A DNA stretch of 64,000 nt from Azolla caroliniana (Eukaryota > Plantae > Polypodiophyta), in assembly GCA_043228905.1 (NCBI GenBank), contig JBHGNT010000017.1, positions 744,001 through 808,000 on the forward strand. The letters run 5' to 3'. The position numbers and the translations under genes are program-made. The notes under the pieces were generated by a model. It saw only the letters and a list, made by a program, of their open reading frames with translations. It did no database searches and was not told the origin of the DNA. Shown here one piece after another: positions 51,025-61,186 of this stretch (the stretch's first letter is position 1; every line of letters starts with the position of its first letter).

Positions 51025-54000
51025 TGTTGAGAGACAACCTCAACATCGGCCGGATCGGCTGAAGAAGCCGAGGACCGGATCGGTTGGGACCGATCTGTTA
51101 GGCCGAATGCGTAAACCGGTATGCAGACCGGTGCGTAGGTAGGGCCGGATCGGTGCGTGAACCGGGAGGCCGTTAGGGAAGATATTCCGTGAGGAATATA
51201 TTTGGGAGTTAGTGTAGGAGCTCTTAATGAGCATTGAAGTACTGTCAGTACTTCGGCCAGTCCTTCTAAGACTTGTATAAAAGTGTTCATTGAACACACA
51301 TATGCATAGAGCGTGGTGAATAGAGATTGAGTACCTTGTTGAATATAGTTCTTGTGTTCTCTCTCTCCCACTCTCTCTGTCTCTCCCGCGTATACTGCGT
51401 AAGCTCAAGCTCTCCATTGAACCTGAGTTTTCTTCCTCCTGTTCGGTCTTCACACTTGCTTTCGCACGTTACTTTCTACATGGTATCAGAGCACGAGGGT
51501 TGAAAACCTCTCTGCAGCTGACACAACTTGACGAAGAAGAACAAGAAGAACGATGGATAGAGGCATGGCGAGCTCGCTTCCAACAGAGAAGCTCGACAGA
51601 ACCAACTACGCGTCTTGGTCCTATAAGATGCACCAGTACCTGCTCGGGCACGGCTACTGGAGTTATGTCGAAGGAGCTAATGACATGGCACCCAAATCGA
51701 CACACAGAGACTTCCCGTCGTGGGAGCAATCGGCGAATAGGGTATTATACTGCTTCGCGTCGTGTGTGGGCGAACAACTATTGAGCTATGTTCGGGATGC
51801 AAAGACGCCGAAGGGTGCGTGGGAAAATCTGAAGAAGATTTTCGCCGCGAGCACCACAGCCAGGAAGCTTCAGCTTCGACAGGAGTTGAGCAACCTACGA
51901 CAACGTGACTTGTCGGTGGCAGACTATACCTCAAAGATCAAGGATATCTGCGACTCCCTCGCCTCCATTGAGGTGAACATCGAGGAGAGCGAGATGGTCC
52001 AGATCTGTCTCGGAGGTTTGGCGTCGAAGTTCAGAGCGTTTCGAACGGCTGTGTGTACCCGGGAGAATACGCCGTCCTTTTTCAACTTATAGTCAATGCT
52101 CTTGGTAGAGGAGAACCACGCGGGTGCGTCTACAAGCACGCACACCCACAACAGAATGCTGTACACGGAGGGAGGTAGGCCCCGTGGACGTGGAGGACGA
52201 GGCGAGTTGGCGCGCAACGGAGGCGACCGACGAGATCAAGGGAGAAGGCACCGAAGTGATGCCGACAGCAACTCTGGACCCTCCGGAAACAGGGGGAGTC
52301 GAAGCGATTGGAACTGTCAAGGGAAGGCCATCGTGGAGTGCTGGTACTGTGGCAAGAAAGGCCACAGGGAAAGTGAGTGCTGGAAGAAGCGCGCCGATTC
52401 GGAGAGAACCAGTTCCGGAAACGGCTCCAGACATACCGACAAGGGAAATCGGCAACGATTGCACTACGCCGAAGACTCCGGGAGAGCCGGAGAAGGGTCT
52501 GCCTTCGTGACGAGACACGAAGCAAACTCAATGAAACAGACCACCCCGAGATCGGACGAGGTGTGGTACGTAGACTCTGGAGCGTCAAACCACATGACGA
52601 GCCATAAGGAGTGGTTCTCGTACCTGGAAAAACCGATACAACTTGGAGTAGTCGCGACTGGAGACGACACTCCGCATTCGATCGTGAATGTCGGAGAAGT
52701 TCCCCTTAGCCATGTTGGGCAAAAAGGGAAACTCATGAACGTGCTGCACGTTCCGACAATCACGAAGAACTTGGTCTCGGTCGGACAGATCGTCGACCAA
52801 GGGATGGAGGTTCGGTTTACACACCTCGGGTGCTTCATTGAGGAAGAAGGCCGTGTGATTGCGCAAGGGCGCAGAAACGGGAGGATGTTCATCCTCGATT
52901 CCACTGACGGCGGCACCGCAATGTTCGCGAAGGGACAAAAATCTGAGTTGGACATCGACTTGTGGCACAAGCGGATAGGCCACGTCAACTACTAGGGGCT
53001 TCAAGACCTGCAATCGAAACAGGTAGTGTTCGGATTGCCCAAATTTAGTGGCCGAAAGGCACAAATTTGTGAAGCCTGCCAGCTAGGGAAGCAACACTGA
53101 CTTCCTTTTCCTAACGAGTGAAACCGGAGCCGGAACAAGCTCGACCTTATACACTCCGATGTATGGGGACCGGCACAAAACGTTAGTCTTGGCGGGAGCC
53201 GATATTTCGTCTCCTTCATCGACGACCACACGCGGCACACGTGGATCTACCTCATTGAGAGGAAGAGCGAAGTCTTCGACTGTTTCCGGGACCTCAAAGG
53301 GTTCGTGGAAATGGAAACGGGACGAAAGATCAAGTGCCTGCGGTCGGATGGCGGGAAAGAGTACTTTTCCGGTCAATTCAACGGTTATCTACAACAAATG
53401 GGAATTCGGCGCGAATTTAGTTGTAGATACACGCCGGAGCAGAACGGCGTGGCCGAGAGGAAGAATCGGTCTGTTGTGGAAGCGGCACGGGCAATGCTGG
53501 AGGAGAAGAGCTTGCCCAAGTTCTACTGGGCCGAGGCGGTAAGGACCGCGGTATACATCCAGAACCGGATCGGAGACAAAGTGTCGGCGCACGAGCTATA
53601 TTTCGGAACGAAGCCGAACTTGCGACACTTGAGGGTGTTCGGTAGCATTGCGTATATGCATGTACCGAAGGAGAAAAGGAGGAAGCTGGACGCAAAGGCC
53701 GAGAAATGCATCTTGGTCGGTTACTCGGACGAGCAAAAGGGTTATAAGTGCTATAACCCTCGCACCAAACAAGCGCGTGTCAGCCGCGACGTTGTGTTTG
53801 ACGAGTCCGCGTCCTGGTACCAGCCCCCGACTCCGAACCCCAACTCCAATGCGAGCTCTGACGATGAGGTCAGAGAGGCCGAGATGCCTCCGGATGAGCC
53901 CGAAATCGAGACCCGCAAAGAGAGTCCGATTTCACTCCGTTTAAGTGGACCAATTGGACGACTGAGTCGGTACGATCAGTTCGATGAAGAGCCGGCGAGT

Positions 54001-56843
54001 AGTGGAGACTCGGTTGTGCATTCCCCGCGCAGGAAGCCGAGGAGACGGCTTACGCGCAAAGAGAAAGGGAAGAAGAAGGTGTCGGATTCCGGCACGGATA
54101 GGAACGAGTCAGACCGACGCGAGTCCGACTCCGAGGGAACCGGTGACGGGTCTTTAAAGGTGAAGTCCGCGTCGACCGAGAAGGCCTCGACATCGGCTAA
54201 TGTAAGATTACGCCGATCTACCCGCCAGAAGAACCCTGTTTTGCGGTTCGGATACAACGAATACATGGCGCATCATTATGCGTACATGACCCGTGTAGTG
54301 GAAGTGCGTGAGCCGGAGAGCTACACAGAAGCGGCTAAAGACGCGAATTGGCGTGCCGCGATGGAGGAAGAGATGCACGCATTGGCGGAGAACGAGACCT
54401 GGGACCTGGTTGACGCACCAACAGGGGTAAAACCGATCGGGTGTAGGTGGGTGTACAAGGTCAAGTACAACACCGATGGCTCGGTCAACCGGTACAAGGC
54501 TCGACTAGTGGCAAAGGGCTACGCGCAGAAACACGGCATCGACTACGATGAGACATTTGTGCCGGTCTCGAAAATGACGACCATCCGTGTTTTGTTCGCA
54601 GTAGCCGCGGTGAAGGGGTGGCACTTACATTAGATGGATGTAAAGAATGCGTTCCTGCAAGGTGACCTTGAGGAACAGGTGTACACGGTACAACCCCCCG
54701 GATTTCACTCTGGAACGAACTCCTCGGCAGTATGCCGACTGAAGAAGTCCCTTTACGGACTGAAGCAAGCCCCGCGTGCCTGGAACGCGAAGATCATGCA
54801 ACAACTGCGTCATATGGGCTTCATCACGTCAAAATCGGACTCTTCCCTGTTCATCTGGAAAGGTCGACTCGGACCGGTTAGTATTTTACTATATGTTGAT
54901 GACTTGGTCATCACCGACGCCGACCTAGGTGAAATCAACCGCGTGAAGCTCCAACTTGCGGCATCATTCGACATGAAGGATCTGGGGGACCTTCATTACT
55001 TCCTCGGGATCGAAGTGATCCGTACCGCCGAAGGCATATTGATCAGCCAACGTCATTACGTGATGAGTATGCTCTTCAAATTTGGGATGGCCGACTGTAA
55101 GTCCGTCTCGACTCCTCTGGACAGAACCGTCAAGCTTCGTCCCGATACGGGAAAGGTATGCGACCCGACGAGGTTCCGACAAATTGTCAGAAGCCTCATA
55201 TACTTGACCATCACCCGACCCGACCTCAGTTATCCGGTCGAAGTGATCAGTCAGTTCATGACACGACCTACCGAGGAGCACCTCCAGTGTACGCAACGCA
55301 TACTTCGGTATGTCAACGACACTAAGGACCGGGGATTGCTATATCGGACCAGTGCAGCCGCGCAGTTAGTCGGCTACACCGATGCTGATTGGGCTGGCAA
55401 CGCTGCTGATCGCCGATCCACGTCCGGATACGCGTTCTCCCTTGGGAGTGCCGCGATCGCGTGGAGCAATAAGAAGCAGCCGACAGTTGCACTGTCGAGC
55501 ACCGAAGCTGAGTACCGAGGAGCGGCTGTCGCGACATGCAAAGCCATATGGTTGAAGCGGCTACTTAGGGAGCTGCAAGAGGAGGTGTCAGATTCGACGA
55601 CGATCTACTGCGACAACCTCAGCAACATCCAGCTCGCGAAAAACCCCGTTTTCCACGCACGGACCAAGCACATTGAGGTGCACTACCACTTCGTCCATGA
55701 GCGTGTCCTTTCCGGTGAAGTCGAACTTCAGTACGTTCCGACGGATCGGCAGACTGCCGACATCATCACTAAGCCTCTTGGTCTGGACAAGTTGCGGCAA
55801 TTCTCCGGTGCGCTCGGATTGCGTCACCTCGACGTGCAAAACTTGAGGGGGAGAACAGTCCCGAATGACCAAGCAAGGCAACAGGAAAGGAGCGGAGACC
55901 ACGACACCAAGTCGGTTGTCAAGTTCGACTTCGGATCGGCTGAAGAAGCCGAGGACGGACCCGCGGAAAAGTTCGGAAGCGGACAGAAGGGGAGCAGTCG
56001 AAGGAGAGAGCCGAAGCCAACCACGCATGGGGAAGATGACGCCACCGAGGGCGAGAAGACCGAAGACGAGTTGGAGACAACCAACTCGGACGAGAGTGAA
56101 AACCGATCGGAGGTAGCCGAGTCGGTTCGGATGTTTGATTCAGATACGCTGAATCAACCAAGGCCCAAGCGGAAGAAAAGGCAGCAGGAGAAGCGTCAAC
56201 ACCGCAACAACAGAAGAGCTGATAAGGGCCACATGAGCAGACAAGCCGACCGGAAGGGTCGAAGCGCGCGGAGTCAAACAGGTCGTGGAGCGCGAGCGAG
56301 GCGTGAAGCCAGGAGGAACCGGAGCTGTGAGCCCGAAGATCCCGAAGATCCCGAAGATCCCGAAGATCCCGAAGAGCCTCAAGTTGAGCTTGAGGGGGAG
56401 TGTTGAGAGACAAGCTCAACATCGGCCGGATTGGCTGAAGAAGCCGAGGACCGGATCGGTTAGGCCGAATGCGTAAACCGGTATGTAGACCAGTGCGTAG
56501 GTAGGGCCGGATCGGTGCGTGAACCAGGAGGCCGTTAAGGGAAGATATTCCGTGAGGAATATATTTGGGAGTTAGTGTAGGAGCTCTTAATGAGCATTGA
56601 AGTACTGTCAGTACTTTGGTCAGTCCTTCTAGGACTTGTATAAAAGTGTTCATTGAACACACATATGCATAGAGCGTGGTGAATAGAGATTGAGTACCTT
56701 GTTGAATGTAGTTCTTGTGTTCTCTCTCTCCCACTCTCTCTGTCTCTCCCGCGTATACTGCGTAAGCTCAAGCTCTCCATTGAACCTGAGTTTTCTTCCT
56801 CCTGTTCGGTCTTCACCCTTGCTTCCGCACGTTACTTTCTACA
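51025..56843 (+). mobile_element. full-length Ty1/copia LTR retrotransposon
   Basis: 5' LTR 51025-51480 and 3' LTR 56401-56843 (TG...CA; about 11 substitutions and 2 indels by eye); TSD ACATG at 51020-51024 and 56844-56848; tRNA-iMet PBS tggtatcagagc 51481-51492; PPT tgagggggag 56391-56400; domain order GAG-PR-INT-RT-RH. Confidence 0.97.
51553..56406 (+). pseudogene. Copia gag-pol polyprotein, one frame with 5 premature stops
   Basis: CWYCGKKGHRESEC knuckle, WYVDSGASNHM protease, LRSDGGKEY and PEQNGVAERKNR integrase, YVDD RT, YTDADW and RTKHIEV RNase H; stops at 52090, 52993, 53098, 53119 and 54631. Confidence 0.93.
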
Positions 56844-57794
56844 ACATGCATGTTAAGACCATATTGGACAAAGAAACTCTTTTATTTTCCCAAAAAAATA
56901 TGCTACCCATTAGTTACGAAGAAATACTGGAGGTATCATAAGGACAAAGAAACTTAGCTGCTATCTAAAAAACTGATAAAAAATAAGGCACCATATTTAA
57001 TGTTAATGGCAACTGGACTAGTTTATCGACATAAGAAGAAATGGTGAGGATCAGGAGTAGAGCATGGCGAGGAGAGGAAATGGCGATTAGGAGCAGGAGT
57101 GCGTAGGTTGACTAGCACTGCGTGACAGTCTAGGTTTTGCTTCAGGAAGAGAGCACGCTGTCGTGAAGAAAACCGTCCCTTAGCGCAATCGGTGCATAGA
57201 GCGCGTGAACCGGCTCTTCACGCGTGCGTGCCCTTAATGTATATAATAGGGAATTAGGTACATAGGTATATCCTGGGTAGTTAGATTCGGTAGGTAGGAA
57301 GTAAATGAGGGAGACGGCTCCCTTCTTGACGCTATAAAGGAGAGGGAGACGCAGGGAGAAGGGATCGCGCATTGAGGAGGACGAAGTGCTGTCAGACCGT
57401 AACCGAACGCTTCTCCTCTGTTTGTTCTCTATCGCTCTTCACTGCAGGTTTTTGGGAGGCTCGCGCTGCTTCGAGGAACGCCCGTGTGCTTTCGGCAACA
57501 CCTCCATCCTATCCCCTTTCGTGCGCAGACGAACAGGCATCAACATCTGTTCGTCGGCTTGGTCGGTTGTAACCGCTCGCGTGCTCTGTTGTTTTGTGTC
57601 ATTTGTTAATATACAAACATTCATGTCTCTCTGTCTCTGTGTCCATTCGTGTTTTCTGCGTTGACGGGCCATGTCCCTGTGTTTCTTTGCTCATACGTTA
57701 CCGATCGTCTCTCTCTTTCTCTTTCCCCTCCTATCACCCGCTCTTCGGTTCAAGACCCCGGTGGTCCCGCACGCGCGTAGCAACGCGACATATT

Positions 57795-57811
57795 TGGTGA
57801 ACCCGACGTGA
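57795..57811 (+). promoter_or_regulatory. primer-binding site complementary to the tRNA-Trp 3' end
   Basis: TGGTGAACCCGACGTGA is the reverse complement of TCACGTCGGGTTCACCA, the plant cytosolic tRNA-Trp 3' end as I recall it; it lies 4 nt after the LTR CA. Confidence 0.8.
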
Positions 57812-57834
57812 AATAGGCGGCAGAGGAGCAAAAG

Positions 57835-59962
57835 ATGAGGGGGTCGGATCTTGCAGAGGCCATGGCTTCGGCCGTGGACCGGATAGTGAGCGCGCGCGAG
57901 GGCACCGGCGCCGTTGACAGGGCTATTGAGGCGATCGTCGGTATAATCGGCCGGTTCAGTGGAAAGGATGCCACGAGTTATTTGGCGTCCTACCGGGCGG
58001 AGATGTTGATGAGGGATATTCCGGAAGAGAGGCGTCTTGCGGGATTCCCTCGAGTGGTGATGCCGGGCATCCATGCGGAGGTGCTCGAGGTCCGGGCGGA
58101 GAGCCGGACTTGGGAGGAGTTCGAAGGACGGCTCTTGGAGAAATACGGGCTGGATGACGCGCTTCGACTTTCGAAGCGGGGCTTCATGGAGTGGGTGGAG
58201 TCTCCCGACAAAGGAAGAAATGCGTCGGCAGTCCTCCGGGAGTTTGAGGATCGCTTTGCGCGCATTTCGGCGCTCGATCGGACCGTTTTGGACACAAGTC
58301 GTGTCCTACTGTTTGTCAAATTGGTTGACGCACGGGATCGGGAGCAAGTGGGCTCCTTACTAGAAACCAAAGACGGGCTGACGGCCGACTGGGCCGCGGT
58401 AAAAAGAGTCTACGGTCGTTTTGAGAAATGGTGGGAGTGGGCTGATACAGGGGCGACCGGGGCGGGTCCTGTCGTAGCAAGGAATCTTGAACCGATACCG
58501 CAAGCGCGACGGGAAGAGACCCGGGAGTGGCTCGAAACCGGTTCGGCTTCGACCGGCGTGGTCAGAGGCTTGTCCGGGGGGATAGCTTTGGAGGAGTTGA
58601 CACGGGCGGTAAAGGATCTCCAGATCGCCCAGGCTCGGAGGGAAGGCGGCGATCAGGCTCGTGACCGACGGCCTCCGGTAGGAAATAGGTGCATGTGGTG
58701 CGACGAGGTCGGCCACATCCGGAAAGATTGCGGGGACTTTACGGAGGCTTTGAGAAGCCGGGTAGTGTACCTGTGGGAAGGTTGGGTGCACGTTAGCGAT
58801 ACCCGGAGGGCCCTGAACCGGAACGACGGGCGAGGAGGAATGAAAAGGCTGATGGAAGAGGCGGCGGCCCGACACGCGGAGACCGTCCACTACTCAGCGT
58901 CAACATGTATTCGTGTCGGAGGCAGCGAGGCCCGGTTCGGAGAGCAAAGCCGGGTTCTGGCCGACGGTACTGGGAGGCCTTGCCGGTGCCCGACTAAAGA
59001 AAGACGAGGCGGACCGCGCGGAGAAGCGGGTCCAGGGGGTAACCGGGTGGAGTGACCCGGTCGAAGAAAAGACGGGTTTCGTAGAAGCAGCTTGCCAGAA
59101 CTACGAGGCTCTGGTTGAAGACAAACCGGTAGGTAAAACCGGAGGGGCCGGACCCTCACAAAGATACGAAACCCGATTCGGGCCGAAACGGAACGAGGCC
59201 GGTGAGTCCAATGCCCGAGATAACCACAAGAAGGGCGGATACCGTTTGGGCACGGAGATCGAAAGGACCACGGACCTACGAAAGGTCTTGGAAGAACGAA
59301 TCCTCGACAGCAAGGTGGAACTGTCGTTGCGGGAGGTGCTCAGAATCGCCAAGAAGGAGTTCCACGACTCCATCGTAGACTTGGTGAAGAGGAAGAGGCT
59401 GTCGACGGAGGCAGAACCGAAAAGGCCGGTGGAGGTGCGGACGACGCACATAGAGGACATGGCGCTGGAAGACGAGTGGGCGGAGAGCCACTATTCGAGG
59501 CCACACTGGGCCCGAGCGACCATGGAAACCCCGGTGAAGATCGGAGATGTTCAGGAACCGGTGGTGGCGCTGGTGGACCACGGTTCGGAAATAAACCTGA
59601 TGTCCATGGACTTCTACAAGAAGGGGAAATGGCCGATCAACACCAAGCACGGGTGGAAGATACGGGTGGCGACGCGCGCCACCGAGGAACTACACGGGGC
59701 CTGCCCAAACGTGCGAGTCAAGATCGGCGATGTCGAGATAGACCAACACTTCTTTGTGCAGGAGACGTCCTCGCACCCGGTCATACTGGGAGAACCGTAC
59801 ATTATGGCAGCGCGAATGGAGACCAAGGTGCTGGACAACGGGTCGGCTTACGCGAGGGTCAAGAGTCAGGACAGGCGTCACTCGGTCCAATTCTTGACGG
59901 TGCGACCGAACCACGAGCAAAACTGCGAGTCCCTTGGTGGCGAGAACCAAGAGGATTTTTAG
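57835..59962 (+). pseudogene. gypsy gag-protease ORF with one probable mutational frameshift near 58930-58945
   Basis: ORFs 57835..59055 and 58913..59962 overlap; gag and knuckle in the first, linker and protease in the second. Confidence 0.8.
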
Positions 59963-60018
59963 AGAGGGCTGTCAAGGCGTGGGGCCGCGACAGTCCGGAC
60001 AGTCCGGGAAAACCCCAC
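59953..60018 (+). promoter_or_regulatory. predicted programmed -1 ribosomal frameshift signal (G GAU UUU plus pseudoknot)
   Basis: The heptamer 59953-59959 directly precedes the gag-pro TAG; pol lies in the -1 frame; stem GGGCTGTC/GACAGTCC begins 6 nt downstream; loop GTGGGG can pair with CCCCAC at 60013-60018. Confidence 0.7.
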
Positions 60019-60797
60019 AAATGTACGATAGAGGCGAAACCGAAGAAACCTTGTACCATTAGTAGGAAGTTTTGTTTCTCCGACAACGGAGGGTGTACGA
60101 TAGTCGGCGTTGTAGGCCGAGAAAAGACAAGGGCGGAAGAGCGACTTCGGGTGTGCGGAGTTCTCGGGCCCAGCGAGGAAATCAACGGAGCCGTGGAGGC
60201 GGTCTCCTTTGACGATACCTTGGGAATACTGCGAGAGGTGGTCGGAGAGGGCCTTAAAGAGGATCAGACGATACCGGTTTGTTCAGAAGAGATGTATGAA
60301 GTCATCGCGGACTTTAGTCGAGGGCTTGAGTCGGATCGGACGGCCCGGGTTAACACGAAGTACAAGACTGTGGACCAGAAGGTAAGGCCAGTCGCGGCAC
60401 CCTTACCGGAGGGCAGCGAGTTGCGAATCAAGGGGGTCGCGTCGGACCCCAGTTTACGTGATCCGGCTTGCATAGGACACACCTTCACCGACAGAACACT
60501 ACGGGAGCTCAAAATCGGTGGGGGCGGGTTCCTACTACTGGCGGAAGAAGACCGGTTTCGGAGAATGCTCGGAAGGCACGGGAAAGCCTTCGCATTCTCA
60601 CCGGAAGAGATCGGGTGCGTAGACCCGACAGTCGTAAAGCCGATGGTGATATTCACGGTACCGCATGTGCCGTGGAATCTCAAACCAATTCCGGCACCAA
60701 GAGCTCACATCCCGGATCTGATGGAGCTGTTGAGGCAGAAAGTCGATATGGGCATCCTCGAACCGTCGAGGGCCCCGTACTCAAACCGGTGGTTTAC

Positions 60798-61186
60798 CGA
60801 CCTCCCTTCGCTCCGGTGGGGGTACCTCGAGCTTCCTTGCCGCAACAGAGCATGCTCCCGCCGAGCCTTTATCGACCCAATCTCGCCGTTTGTCGAAACG
60901 ACTGCAGACTCTCTTCACCATGGCCCAGTCGGTTGTCAACCCGTCGTCGGTCTCCACCAGCAGGCCCACTTGCTCCCGGTCACTCACATCCACCGATTTA
61001 ACAAACAACAGGACACGACTTTTTTCCACTACGGTCCGGTCCAGCGCCGAAAGACACGCGAAGCGTTCTTCAAACTCCCGGAGGAGCATCGATGCGTTTC
61101 TCCCCTTTTCGGGGGTTTCCACCAATTCCATGAAGTCTCGCTTCGATAGCTAAAGCGCGTCATCAAGCCCGTATTTCTCAAGGAGC
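60798..61186 (-). mobile_element. antisense gag fragment of a related gypsy element
   Basis: Minus-strand LLEKYGLDDAL*LSKRDFMELVETPEKGRNAS...DWAMVKRV aligns to the gag at ~58131-58515 (59/81 aa identical over the core, counted by eye). Confidence 0.9.

Larger units (their letters stand above)
57042..60797 (+). mobile_element. 3'-truncated Ty3/gypsy LTR retrotransposon with tRNA-Trp PBS
   Basis: LTR ends ...cgcgaCA at 57790 (its start is uncertain, ~57042); TATA-like gctataaagg ~57331; PBS tggtgaacccgacgtga 57795-57811; gag from 57835 with CMWCDEVGHIRKDC; protease ALVDHGSEIN...VILGEP; RT start GILEPSRAPYSNRWF. Confidence 0.88.

Noticed and set aside
57795-57811. tRNA gene fragment
   Set aside because: Only 17 nt complementary to a tRNA 3' end including CCA, placed just after an LTR; this is a PBS.
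58913-58950. Programmed +1 frameshift inside gag
   Set aside because: No Ty1/Ty3-type CUU AGG C or GCG AGU U site is visible; a private 1-nt indel is simpler.
59476-61149. 557-aa ORF as a single protein
   Set aside because: Chimeric: an off-frame shadow of the protease, then genuine pol from ~59954, then read-through into antisense gag after ~60797.
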